From Eledone cirrhosa (lineage: Eukaryota): a DNA stretch of 64,000 bases. Shown here piece by piece: positions 41,134 through 53,707 of this stretch. The stretch is taken from contig OZ024748.1 of NCBI GenBank assembly GCA_964016885.1, positions 42,470,001 to 42,534,000 on the forward strand, in the 5' to 3' direction. The translations under genes were made by a program, and so were the position numbers. Every line of letters begins with the position of its first letter. Position 1 is the first letter of the stretch. The notes under the pieces were generated by a model, which was not told the DNA's origin, did not search any database, and saw only the letters and a program-made list of their open reading frames with translations.

Positions 41134-41379
41134 CCCTTTTGTTACTGTATGTCATTGACGATATCTTTCAATTAAGTTTGAAAATAATTAAATATTTGGA
41201 GGGATTTAATTAAATATCTAACTTTTTTCATTAGTAAGCTGATATTTAGAACATTACTTAACAAAAATTTCTTAAATAAAGTTATCATTGAAAGATTTAA
41301 TATAAAGATAAATATATTAAAACAAGCAGTTTTGTATCAAAAATTAATGCCAGTTTCAGGCAGTTTGGTATCAAAAGGG
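41134..41379. mobile_element. piggyBac-type MITE
   Basis: TTAA|CCCTTTTGTTAC...GTATCAAAAGGG|TTAA; a related decayed copy lies at ~37180-37425. Confidence 0.75.
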
Positions 41380-41939
41380 TTAATATTTGTTGATTGTGAA
41401 ATATTGATAGTTTTGTTTTTAACTCACAGCTGTTTAAACAGTTATTTATCTATCTATATTTTGGCTTATTGCTGCTGCTTCATGAAAGTTTTCTCACAAA
41501 TATATCATCACATTGTATGTCAAATTTTCATTTTGAAATTTGTCATTAACCTGTTTTACATATTATTTCTAATGTAATAGACCTCCAATGTGTCTCCAAA
41601 TGTTTTTGAAAATAATTTTGAATTTGAAGAGATTAAACATTTTTTTTCCTTCATTATTTTAACTCTTAACATCCTGTATAGTTTTAATAGAAAATAGTAA
41701 AAAATATGTTTGTTAATTCTGGTGGTTATAGTATATTTACTAGTATACAGATATTTACTAGTGCACAGATATTTGTGAAAATTTGCAGTAAACTAAAGTA
41801 AATACTTCAATTTATAATGTGATGCAGCCATAGTGCTGTTTTGTACTTTTCAATAATTTTGTATTTCAGAAATGTTTACATATATTTATGGTTTTTGTTT
41901 GAGAATATCATATTTTATTCTTTTCTACAGTATATTTAA

Positions 41940-42139
41940 CTCTTAACATCCTGTAATGATTTAGCAGAAAATACCTAAAAACAAATTTCTGTATTCAAAT
42001 GATTATATTATTGTATGTGAAAATTTGCTTCATTTGAATAAATTTTCTAATTTGTAATGTGACAGTCACATTAGTGATGTTTTATACTTTTCACAAATAT
42101 CTTGCTAATGTGGTTTCATGTGGAACAGGATGTTAAGAG
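41940..42139. mobile_element. TTAA-flanked MITE (CTCTTAACATCCTGT TIR)
   Basis: TTAA|CTCTTAACATCCTGT...ACAGGATGTTAAGAG|TTAA; relatives at ~41660-41850, ~22000-22220 and 56116-56307. Confidence 0.75.
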
Positions 42140-42780
42140 TTAAATTATATTTAGTAAATATTTTGCAATGGAAATTGTCTTATAATTGATTCTAAGCTTC
42201 ATTTTCTTATCTTTTTTCTCAACATTACAGATAATCTAGTATGATTTTAACAGATAAGATATTGATTTTCGGCGACATTTTACTTTCTTTAATTTGCTCA
42301 ATAAATAATATAGCACCTGATATATTTAAATAGATATTATAATGAATCAACCATATTTATTAATTAATTTCATAATTCTTGTGTTTCTTTATATTATTAA
42401 ATGCTTGAGGGTAATTATATTTTTGAAAACATCCATTTCAAACTTTTCCTTATCCTCAACACAATCTTTTGAATAAATAAATAAATAAATAAATGAAGTA
42501 TTGAAATGGCAGTTGTTGGATTTAAATAGGAGCCCTTTAAAATGGGTGGGTTTCATAGAACTGGGGCCAGTTTTGGCTGGGTTGGTATGGAAAGGGTTAA
42601 ATAAGAACCTTTTAAAATAGGTTTTATTTCACAGAACTAGGGCAGTTTTAGCAGGGTAGGTCTGGAAAGGGTTAAGACTACCTTTGATGATCCAATATTT
42701 ACATTGTTCAGTTGTTTCATGTATGTTATCTTTCTATTTCATTCTTGTTCCTCTTCGTTTTATTTTATGAAAGTCTTTAA

Positions 42781-42985
42781 CCCTTTAGCATTTAAACCGG
42801 TCATATCCGGCCAGAATTCTCTCACCCTCTTCTGTTCAAACTGGCTGTAACTAGCCACTCATACTGACGTTAAGGTATTGTTCTCAAAATAAATATCAAA
42901 ATCTCATAGATTTGATATTATGTGAGATAAAGCCTTTACCATGAAAATACAATAGTATATATAGAGTATTGTAAATGCTAAAGGG
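42781..42985. mobile_element. piggyBac-type MITE (TTAA TSD)
   Basis: TTAA|CCCTTTAGCATTTA...TAAATGCTAAAGGG|TTAA. Confidence 0.85.
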
Positions 42986-43089
42986 TTAATCTTCTGTTGT
43001 AGCCTACCAATTCAATTCTTAAGTCTCTCTTACTATTTATTATAAAATTATAAAATCTTATCAAAGTTACATTTGTTTTATTATATTTA

Positions 43090-43320
43090 TATTATATATT
43101 TTATACTGTTTTATTTCAATTTATTATATTTTATATTCCATACTGTTATATTTCAATTTATATTTTATATTCCATACTGTTATATTTCAATTTATTATAT
43201 TTTATATTCCATACTGTTATATTTCAATTTATTATATTTTATATTCCATACTGTTATATTTCAATTTATTATATTTTATATTCCATACTGTTATATTTCA
43301 ATTTATATTTTATATACTGT
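43090..43320. repeat. 38-bp AT-rich minisatellite
   Basis: (TTATATTCCATACTGTTATATTTCAATTTATTATATTT)n. Confidence 0.9.
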
Positions 43321-43450
43321 CTTTGTTGAATGTTGTTTTCTAACTGTATATCTTTCTATATTAAGTATTTAAATAATGTCACCATCAAAGTATCACACAT
43401 TTAAAAGATTTCATTTGTATATTTATACATTTGTTTGTCTTTTTCTGCAG

Positions 43451-43512
43451 ATCCTGATGCTAATTTGAATAATCCCCTTCCATTAACATCTACTAATGGT
43501 AAAATATATGAG
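43451..43512 (+). CDS. C8orf88-like protein, coding exon (DPDANLNNPLPLTSTNGKIYE)
   Basis: Acceptor ctttttctgcag| and donor GAG|gtaagt; 62 nt, phase 1 to 0, in frame with both neighbours. Confidence 0.8.
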
Positions 43513-43534
43513 GTAAGTTCACGTCTTAATTTGT

Positions 43535-43896
43535 TCACAGCTGGGTAAAATAGGTGAGGTATGTTCATGGGTGGGTAAAATGTGAGGTATGTTCACGGGT
43601 GGGGAAAATATGTGAGGTGTGTTGACAGGTGGGGAAAATATGTGAGGTGTGTTGACAGGTGGGGAAAATATGTGAGGTGTGTTGACAGGTGAGTAAAATG
43701 TGAGGTATGTTCACAGGTGGGTGAAATGTGAGGTAAGTTGACAGGTGAGTAAAATGTGAGGTAGGTTGACAGGTGGGTAAAATAGATGAAGTAGGTTGAC
43801 AGGTGGGTGAAATAGGTGAGGTAGGTTGACGGATGGGTAAAATAGGTGAGGTAGGTTGATGGGTGGGTAAAATAGGTGAGGTAGGTTGACGTCTTG
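43535..43896 (+). repeat. ~28-30-bp minisatellite derived from the exon donor junction
   Basis: Units ACAGGTGGGTAAAATAGGTGAGGTAGGTTG resemble the exon end GGTAAAATATATGAG|GTAAGTTCAC. Confidence 0.85.
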
Positions 43897-44048
43897 TTAG
43901 ATTGTTGATTAAATGGTTGATAAAATCCTGCTGAGGTCAACTTGAACTTTTCACCCCATATGTTTTGTATTGTAGAACCAGGGATAGTTTTAGGGGGTTT
44001 GGTATGAAAAGGGTTAAAACAATTTATTGAGATACAGAAATTAAGATT

Positions 44049-44385
44049 CATCATCATCATCATTTTACGTCCGCTTTTCCCTGCTTGCAAGGGTGGGACG
44101 GGAACTGATTCTGGCTAGATTTCTACAGCTGGATGCCCTTCCTAACACCAACCTCATTTACAGTGAGTGCTGGGTGCTTTTTTGCCGTGGCACCTTCACG
44201 TCCACTTTGCAGTGGAATGATAGGGACTCCAGTCCCTATCATCTCATTTCTACAGCTGAGTAAACTGGAGCAATGTGAAATAAAGTGTCTTGCTCAAGGA
44301 AACAACACATCACCCGGTCTGAGAATTGAACTCCCAACCTTTCTATTGCAAGGCCAATGCTCTAACCACTAAGCCATGTGCCTCC
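44049..44385 (-). mobile_element. SINE family B, full length, 9-bp TSD ATTAAGATT
   Basis: Same structure as 11379-11700; flanking duplication is visible. Confidence 0.9.
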
Positions 44386-44715
44386 ATTAAGATTGTATTT
44401 TAATAATTATTGAATTAGTCTTGGAAATGTCTGATAGAATTCTTTGTTGTATTTCTTCCAGTTCTCTGTGCTCTGAGTTGATGTGTCGCCAAATCAACCT
44501 TGCCTTTTCATTCTTTAAAGGTTGATAAAATACCAGTCCAGTATTGGGGTTGATTCTTCCTCTGTATACCCCACCTCTCTCTCTTTATCTCGAATAATCA
44601 GCTATGTTCAGACATGGTGAGGTGATGGGCTCTGACAGGTGATGTGTCACTACAGTGCTCTTTACAACTCCATCAGGGGTTACAGGTACATAACATACAT
44701 ATAGACAACATGGGC

Positions 44716-44857
44716 AGAGGTGGTGAGAGCGGACCTCAGATCGCTGAAGCTCACAGAGGAGATGACGAAGGACTGTGACAAGTGGAGAGATGCTGTGCTG
44801 AAAAGGACCTGTCCCACCCTTTCAAGCAGGGAAAAGCGGATGAAAAATGATGATGAT
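44716..44857 (+). mobile_element. RTE LINE extreme 3' fragment
   Basis: Reads LKLTEEMTKDCDKWRDAVLKRTCPTLSSREKR with an (ATG)n tail; matches the C-terminus of the 26.6-kb LINE. Confidence 0.75.
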
Positions 44858-45518
44858 ACATTGTCATCATCATTTTAACATCCACTTTCCCTTCTATTAA
44901 GGGTTAGACAGGTCTACATAGAGCAAGTCAGTACTGAAGTAGACTTACTGATCTCCCAGACAGGCTAGGGACCTGTGTCTTGCTTATGAACAGTCTTGTC
45001 TTTGATGTGATTACTCTTAACGTTATTGTCATATTTCAAACCCTAACTATTGTTGTGGGACTATTAATGTGGTTACCCTTAACTTTATTGTACCACCCCA
45101 ACCCCTATGATTGTGATCTGATTGATGATTTATCTATTATATTTTGAAGAAATCATATCTTAAAATATCGTCCAAGTATTTATAGAAATAATAATTTTTA
45201 TGATTTTATTTCTGATCTTCATTTCTAAAGAAAGTTTCATTGAAAGCACTTGACATTATGTTTTAATTAGCTAAATTGAGGATAGGAGAGAGAGAGAAAA
45301 GCACTAGATGATAGGATTAAAGTGGGCTAATAACAGCAGAGACAGTTTAAATTTGTATTATGAGGAGCCTGTATGTATTGTTAGTCATAGCAACATTTGA
45401 TTGCATGGTAGTCACTACTGCGACCAATCTAATTACTGCTTACTTCTATTTAAAGATGTCGTGTTTATTGTTTAACTTGGTACTTGACTCTTTAGTGTAG
45501 TCATACATCTCTCTACCG

Positions 45519-47622
45519 TTGTTAGGTTGAAATATGAGGAAGACTAAAGAAAGAATTGTGGTTTAACTTTGTATTGTTACACCTGTATAGTGTTGTTAGG
45601 TTGAAATATGAGGAAGACTAAAGAAAGAATTGTGGTTTAACTTTGTATTGTTACACCTGTGTAGTGTTGTTAGGTTGAAATATGAGGAAGACTAAAGAAA
45701 GAATTGTGGTTTAACTTTGTATTGTTACACCTGTATAGTGTTGTTAGATTGAAATATGAGGAAGACTAAAGAAAGAATTGTGGTTTAACTTTGTATTGTT
45801 ACACCTGTGTAGTGTTGTTAGGTTGAAATATGAGGAAGACTAAAGAAAGAATTGTGGTTTAACTTTGTATTGTTACACCTGTATAGTGTTGTTAGATTGA
45901 AATATGAGGAAGACTAAAGAAAGAATTGTGGTTTAACTTTGTATTGTTACACCTGTGTAGTGTTGTTAGGTTGAAATATGAGGAAGACTAAAGAAAGAAT
46001 TGTGGTTTAACTTTGTATTGTTAAACCTGTGTAGTGTTGTTAGGTTGAAATATGAAGAAGACTAAAGAAAGAATTGTGGTTTAACTTTGTATTGTTACAC
46101 CTGTATAGTGTTGTTAGATTGAAATATGAGGAAGACTAAAGAAAGAATTGTGGTTTAACTTTGTATTGTTACACCTGTGTAGTGTTGTTAGGTTGAAATA
46201 TGAGGAAGACTAAAGAAAGAATTGTGGTTTAACTTTGTATTGTTACACCTGTGTAGTGTTGTTAGATTGAAATATGAGGAAGACTAAAGAAAGAATTGTG
46301 GTTTAACTTTGTATTGTTACACCTGTATAGTGTTGTTAGATTGAAATATGAGGAAGACTAAAGAAAGAATTGTGGTTTAACTTTGTATTGTTACACCTGT
46401 GTAGTGTTGTTAGGTTGAAATATGAGGAAGACTAAAGAAAGAATTGTGGTTTAACTTTGTATTGTTACACCTGTGTAGTGTTGTTAGGTTGAAATATGAA
46501 GAAGACTAAAGAAAGAATTGTGGTTTAACTTTGTATTGTTACACCTGTATAGTGTTGTTAGATTGAAATATGAGGAAGACTAAAGAAAGAATTGTGGTTT
46601 AACTTTGTATTGTTACACCTGTGTAGTGTTGTTAGGTTGAAATATGAGGAAGACTAAAGAAAGAATTGTGGTTTAACTTTGTATTGTTACACCTGTATAG
46701 TGTTGTTAGATTGAAATATGAGGAAGACTAAAGAAAGAATTGTGGTTTAACTTTGTATTGTTACACCTGTGTAGTGTTGTTAGGTTGAAATATGAGGAAG
46801 ACTAAAGAAAGAATTGTGGTTTAACTTTGTATTGTTACACCTGTGTAGTGTTGTTAGGTTGAAATATGAGGAAGACTAAAGAAAGAATTGTGGTTTAACT
46901 TTGTATTGTTACACCTGTATAGTGTTGTTAGATTGAAATATGAGGAAGACTAAAGAAAGAATTGTGGTTTAACTTTGTATTGTTACACCTGTGTAGTGTT
47001 GTTAGGTTGAAATATGAGGAAGACTAAAGAAAGAATTGTGGTTTAACTTTGTATTGTTACACCTGTGTAGTGTTGTTAGGTTGAAATATGAGGAAGACTA
47101 AAGAAAGAATTGTGGTTTAACTTTGTATTGTTACACCTGTATAGTGTTGTTAGATGGAAATATGAGGAAGACTAAAGAAAGAATTGTGGTTTAACTTTGT
47201 ATTGTTACACCTGTGTAGTGTTGTTAGGTTGAAATATGAGGAAGACTAAAGAAAGAATTGTGGTTTAACTTTGTATTGTTACACCTGTGTAGTGTTGTTA
47301 GGTTGAAATATGAAGAAGACTAAAGAAAGAATTGTGGTTTAACTTTGTATTGTTACACCTGTGTAGTGTTGTTAGGTTGAAATATGAGGAAGACTAAAGA
47401 AAGAATTGTGGTTTAACTTTGTATTGTTACACCTGTATAGTGTTGTTAGATTGAAATATGAGGAAGACTAAAAGAATTGTGGTTTAACTTTGAATTGTTA
47501 CACCTGTGTAGTGTTGTTAGGTTGAAATATGAGGAAGACTAAAGAAAGAATTGTGGTTTAACTTTGTATTGTTACACCTGTGTAGTGTTGTTAGATTGAA
47601 ATATGAGGAAGACTAAAGAAAG
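45519..47622. repeat. 74-bp tandem satellite, ~28 near-identical copies
   Basis: Unit GTGTTGTTAGGTTGAAATATGAGGAAGACTAAAGAAAGAATTGTGGTTTAACTTTGTATTGTTACACCTGTGTA. Confidence 0.97.
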
Positions 47623-48550
47623 TACCCGCTGGAGGGAGTGTTCGAGGATTCTGCCCCCCCCCCCCCCCCCCCCGGATTAAGTGGGCAAAGAAGAAAAGAA
47701 GACTTCACCAAATTGACAACTCTCTATGGAGTTGTCAAGGTGCTGTAGTGACAATGAATCTTGAGCACCTTTTAAACCTGGTAGAGCCCATACCTCTCCA
47801 GGTCTGAATATAGTTGAATTCTTCCAGAGAAAGAGAGAGAGGAAGAATCTATTCTAGTATTAGACTGGTACATTGTTTTGTTGACCTTGAAGGCATAAAA
47901 GGGAAAGTTGACCTTGGTGGGATTTGAACTCAGTACAACAGTTGGAATAAATACCATAAAGTTTCTATCTGCCATTCTAATGACTCTGCTAATTTCCCCC
48001 TTTTTTTAGATATAGGTGGAATATTAAGCCTTTCATTTCTATCAATATTTCTAATGAACTAATGAAAGACCCTGCATATGTGTTTCAATTAATGTTGAGC
48101 AGTATCTCGAATTTGGAAGGATTTAGTAAAATAACTGCTTTCTCATGATTTGAAATTATAGGCTTTATCTTACATTTCATTAGACAATTAAAACAAACAA
48201 CTCTAATTAAAACAACAATTGTTTTCTGATTTAGGTACAAGGTCAACAATTTTGTTGGGAGGAGAAAGTCAATTAAGTAGACCCCGGTGCATTACTGGTG
48301 CTTTATTTCATCGACTCTGTAAGGATGAATGGTAAATCTAATGTTGGCAGGATTTGAACTCACCAAGGTTAGCTTTGAATAATAATAAATAGAAAATATT
48401 GACTATGGCACCAAAGAAACTCAAAGAAACAATTGTGTGCTACAGCGAGACAACCAATCATGCCTCAATTGGGACAATTCCCGTCTAAACCCATGTTAGC
48501 GTGGAAGAGAAGATAGATGTTAAATGATGATGATGATGATATATATATAC

Positions 48551-48568
48551 AGTATCTCTTAATCTTAG

Positions 48569-48622
<54 letters not shown>

Positions 48623-48638
48623 CTAAGACTAAGAGATA
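48551..48638. repeat. Inverted arms around a (TA)n core
   Basis: AGTATCTCTTAATCTTAGTATAAA-(TA)n-TTTATACTAAGACTAAGAGATACT. Confidence 0.7.
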
Positions 48639-49244
48639 CTTTATTTTAAAGGAGATTAATGGAGGTTGTATGAAAATAGGGATTACTGCACCATAAATTG
48701 CAACAATTGTGTATTAAGTAACTATACTATTGATCCATAACATAGTTTTATACCAGTATCCAGGTGGATTAACAGATTTGGTGATTTAATAAAGAGAACA
48801 TTCACATCCATTGAAGATCACTGAATCCTTTCAGATTAGTAATCCCTCAAATATGACATAAAAGTATTGCCTGAAACTGTCCGGAAACTGCCCTTGATTC
48901 TATGATACAAAACTGTTTCAAGTGTTTATATTTGTCTAAAACCCTGTCACAATTTTATGTAAGAACATTTGTTAAATTATATTCTAAACACCATCTTGTG
49001 AAAGTTAGTTGTATTACTGTCTCCAAATTCTTGATTATTTTCAAAAGCATTTGAAAATCAATGTCAGTGTTTTTCATTATGACTGTGTTATTGAAATAGT
49101 TTATATTATCCATTGGAATCTTGTAAAGATGTCCACTTCATTATCTTTAATAAATGAACAGTCCCAGATGTTCACACCATTATTAGTGAGATCTTTGATA
49201 GTAACAAGTGACCCATGCATATCTAATGGTGTCATTGTTGCATT

Positions 49245-49643
49245 TCTTGGTTGCCATCTGCTGTTTTCTAGCTGTCATCTGGTGTGTTTTCTGGCTGTTA
49301 TCTGGTGTGTTTTCTGGCTGTCATCTGGTGTGTTTTCTGGCTGTCATCTGGTGTGTTTTCTGGCTGTCATCTGGTGTGTTTTCTGGCTGTCATCTGGTGT
49401 GTTTCCTGGCTGTCATCTGGTGTGTTTCCTGGCTGTCATCTGGTGTGTTTCCTGGCTGTCATCTGGTGTGTTTTCTGGCTGTCATCAGGTGTTTTCTGGC
49501 TGTCATCTGGTGTGTTTTCTGGCTGTCATCTGGTGTTTTCTAGCTGTCATCTGGTGTTTTCTGGCTGTCATCTGGTGTGTTTTCTGGCTGTCATCTGGTG
49601 TGTTTTCTGGCTGTCATCTGGTGTGTTTTCTGGCTGTCATCTG
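49245..49643. repeat. 23-bp minisatellite (CTGGCTGTCATCTGGTGTGTTTT)n
   Basis: Direct reading. Confidence 0.95.
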
Positions 49644-49699
49644 TAGATATTTGTGATATTAAATAGTACACACACAGACATATATGGTTAAAATATATA

Positions 49700-49784
49700 G
49701 TTAAATAATGTTCTTCTTTTACTTCCTAGCTGTATATTCTTATGATAATTTCAAACCCCGAGCAACGCCGGGTAAATCTGCTAG
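49700..49784 (+). mobile_element. Helitron 3' end fragment
   Basis: CCCGAGCAACGCCGGGTAAATCTGCTAG|T. Confidence 0.6.
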
Positions 49785-50972
49785 TCACTTATAAAGAGCT
49801 CTGACTATAATGAACCTTTTGTAATTTCTGAAGCAGTGATCTCCAACCCTATTCCTATATATAATATATTACTATTAAAAACTTCTACAAATTATATCTG
49901 TGTTAAGAGTATTAAAAACTATTTGATGGCAGATAAGACCCACATATTCTTAAACCAAAGAAAGAAATAAAAACCTCCCACATCAGTTGGGTCTTATATG
50001 CCAAGTTTTAATAACATTTTAACATTAGGTGTTGTCCCATAACTTACACAAAGCTATTTTCTTAATATTCTTTGCTGAAATGGGTGGGCAAATATCTTCT
50101 AGTATAGGCCAGTTGTGATTTGTGCCTTCTATGTAAAAATGTATGTATTTGAAGCTTGGCAGTTATGTGAGTAAGTGGAAAAGTTCATAGCTAGAGATGT
50201 GAAATCTTGTATGCATTAATTTAAACTCTTCTCATTAATAACTGCCTTGTTTCTTTCCAGGGACTATGTTGAAAAATAAATCTCATTTGGTCATTCTATG
50301 GGAGTATCTTTTCAGCCAAATCTCTTATAATTCTCTCCTCAAAAACCTTTAAAATAGCAGCTTTGTTCACTATCTAAACTATAATAAAGAAAGGAATGAA
50401 GGACTGCATCCAGAATATATTTTTTTTACCCCGTTTGTAAAATAAGTTGGTTTACTTACGAATGAATATTACATAATTTATGTACTAAATTTTGTGACTG
50501 TTGATTAAATATATTTTATAGCTTATTTAAAGATTCACTTCTTAAAAAATTTTCAAATGTCAACACTTCCAGTTAGCGGCCGTTATATTATAATACTTAT
50601 AAAAATATCGCATATATTTCCGTCACTAATTTTCTCCTAATGCAGTTTATATATAATATCATCTTTTTTTAAATGTATCCTAGATGACTTTACTGATTAC
50701 AGAAGGCAGTGTAACATAGACTTCATTCAATTTCTGTGTATATTGTCAATTACAATTTTATTTGATGTATCATATCTACATGTATATATATTTGTGTATA
50801 ATATCAATATACACACTACACATGCTAGCAGAAAACCACCCAAGGGTGGTTTTTCTGCTAGTATATATAATATTGATTATCTAAAGATTAATCCCCAAAT
50901 ATTCTCAGTTAATTCATGCAGTTTCTTTAATTCAATTCATATAATCGTTGTTACTTAAACACATTTCATGGA

Positions 50973-51848
50973 TCATCATCATCATCATTTTACATCAGCT
51001 TTTCCCTGCTTGCAAGGGTGGGACGGGAACTGATTCTGGCTTGATTTCTACAGCTGGATGTCCTTCCTAACACCAACCTCATTTACAGTGAGTGCTGGGT
51101 GCTTTTTTGCCGTGGCACCTCCACGACCACTTTACAGTGTGGGCTAGGTGCTTTTTTGCTGTGGCACCTCCACGACCACTTTACAGTGTGGGCTAGGTGC
51201 TTTTTTGCTGTGGCACCTCCACGACCACTTTACAGTGTGGGCTAGGTGCTTTTTTGCCGTGGCACCTCCACGACCACTTTACAGTGTGGGCTAGGTGCTT
51301 TTTTGCTGTGGCACCTCCACGACCACTTTACAGTGTGGGCTAGGTGCTTTTTTGCCGTGGCACCTCCACGACCACTTTACAGTGTGGGCTAGGTGCTTTT
51401 TTGCCGTGGCACCTCCACGACCACTTTACAGTGTGGGCTGGGTGTTTTTTTGCCGTGGCACCTCCACGACCACTTTACAGTGTGGGCTAGGTGCTTTTTT
51501 GCTGTGGCACCTCCACGACCACTTTACAGTGTGGGCTAGGTGCTTTTTTGCCGTGGCACCTCCACGACCACTTTACAGTGTGGGCTAGGTGCTTTTTTGC
51601 CGTGGCACCTCCACGACCACTTTACAGTGTGGGCTAGGTGCTTTTTTGCTGTGGCACCTCCACGACCACTTTGCAGTGGAATGATAGGGACCCCAGTCCT
51701 ATCATCTTATTTCTACAGCTGAGTAAATTGGAAAAATGTGAAATAAAGTGTCTTGTTCAAGGAAACAACACATCACCTGATCTGAGAATTGAACTCACAA
51801 CCTTTCGATTACAAGGCCAATGCTCTAACCACTAAGCCATGTGCCTCC
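50973..51848 (-). mobile_element. SINE family B with an internal 49-bp tandem expansion (~12 copies)
   Basis: SINE head and tail flank (CCACTTTACAGTGTGGGCTAGGTGCTTTTTTGCCGTGGCACCTCCACGA)n at ~51080-51670. Confidence 0.9.
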
Positions 51849-51959
51849 ATCAAAGATATTTATTTTAATATGTAATTACATCAATCACATTTATTTAATC
51901 AATTAATTTTAGTTGTTTACATAATTAACATTACCGTTAATGTTATATCTTATATATTC

Positions 51960-52820
51960 TCCTCTTTTACTGGTTTTAGTCTGTGGCCATGTTGGGGAAC
52001 TACCTTCAAAGGATTTTTAGTTCATATCAACTCGAGTACTGGTGCTTATTTTATCAATCTCTTTTGTTGAACTGCTAAGTTATCAGATATAAACAGTGCA
52101 CACTCACACATACACATATATGATGGGTACGATGGGCTTCCATACAGCTTCTGTCTCCCAGTTTTCAATCACAAGGCATTGGTGAGCCTAAAGGTATAGT
52201 AGAAGATACTTTAAGGTTCCACATAGTGGGACTGAAGTCTAAAACCATGTGGTTGCGAAGCAAATTTGTTAACCACACAACCATGGCTACATCTATGGAA
52301 ATCTAGTCAGGAGCCTCATCAGGCTGGTCCTTATTGCAGTTTCATGGAATGAAGTGAGTGAGAATACAAGACTTCCCCCTGGACAGAACATCAGTCGATT
52401 GCAGGGCTAAAGTCTGTCTGAAGGCAGGAGGCTCTTCAGGCTGCTCCTTATCCAAGTTTCATGGCATGAAGTGACTGAGAATACAAGACTCCTCCACAAC
52501 ACACAACCCAGTTGAGGAATCAAACCCACGACATTATGATCGTAAGTGCAACACCTTTACCACTAAGCCAGACACCTCCACTCCAATGGAAGTAATTATT
52601 GAAAAAAAAAAAGCGACAGAGTACAAGACTCGCCCCTTGACAGGACACCAGTCCATCGCAGGGTTAAACCTCCAGCTATTGCTGGTACTCATTTACAGCT
52701 GAGTATACTGGAGCAACGTGAAATAAAGTGTCTTGCTCAAGGAAACAACACATCACCCGGTCTGGGAATTGAACTCACAACCTTTCGATTGCAAGCCTAC
52801 TGCTCTAACCACTAAGGCGC
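51960..52820 (-). mobile_element. Cluster of degenerate tRNA-SINEs
   Basis: Several AACCACTAAGCC-type heads and CORE-like blocks. Confidence 0.65.
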
Positions 52821-52858
<38 letters not shown>

Positions 52859-53129
52859 TATATATGAGTTGTTGTTGATGTAAAATCTTGGACAAGGTTT
52901 GTTCTGTTTGTAAATGTAGGTTGAATATATTAGAGTGACTGAGAGTGGCTTTTTCATGATAATTATTGCCATTATTTTCTATGTCTGAACAAGAGAAATA
53001 TTTCACATATTTTTGGTCATCTTATCAAGTATTAAAACACAATCGCTGGTATTTTAGTCACTCCTATATTTGTTATTTTTTCTCTCATGTCTTCCTTATG
53101 ATGAAATTGTTTCATTATTTACTGTAGAG

Positions 53130-53313
53130 GGCGGTGAATTGGCAGTATCGGTAGAGGGTCGGACACCATGCTTTCCAGCATTATTACGTCCCTTTACGGT
53201 CTGAGTTCAAATCCCATCGAGGTTAACTTTGCCTTTCATCCTTACAGGGTCGATACAATAAAGTACCAGTAATGTACTGGGTAATTGCTGGCCTTGTGCC
53301 AAAAGTAGAAACA
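53130..53313 (+). mobile_element. Full-length SINE family A with 16-bp TSD
   Basis: ATTATTTACTGTAGAG is duplicated at 53114-53129 and 53314-53329. Confidence 0.9.
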
Positions 53314-53547
53314 ATTATTTACTGTAGAGTATGTTTATGTTTTGTAACCTTATCTGTCACAGATATTGCAAATATTTTAGATGGGCCTTTACCGACTCAA
53401 ATATTAAGTCGCAGCCAAGAATAGAGGACATTTTATTATAGATATAGATATATTTATATATAGATATATGGATATAAGTATATATAGAGATTTATATTAA
53501 GAAAAGCACTGAAGTTTCGTTACATGTAGTTAGTCTTTTTATTGTGT

Positions 53548-53646
53548 ATCAATCTGTTACACACGTTTCACAGAAGATTGGCTCAAGGTCACCCATAGAA
53601 GTTATGGTCTCGATTCCATTATCGATCTGCTCTTCAGACAGGTGAT
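53548..53646 (-). ncRNA. Type I hammerhead with a long (~50 nt) stem II insert
   Basis: Minus strand: ATCACCTGT-CTGAAGA-GCAGA...TCTGT-GAAA-CGTGTG-TA-ACAGATTGAT, followed by AATAAA. Confidence 0.7.
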
Positions 53647-53662
53647 CCAACAAAAAATACAG

Positions 53663-53707
<45 letters not shown>

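Noticed and set aside
45519-47622. CRISPR-like regular array (also 51080-51670 and 58030-58755)
   Set aside because: No unique spacers, no cas genes, eukaryotic context; these are plain tandem repeats.
52310-52445. Minus-strand CTGATGA / CTGAAGA motifs
   Set aside because: No stem II-GAAA follows; they lie in SINE-derived sequence.
53363-53424. Possible extra exon after tgtcacag (DIANILDGPLPTQILSRSQE*)
   Set aside because: It needs phase 1, but the upstream exon ends in phase 0. There is no good donor and it hits a stop.
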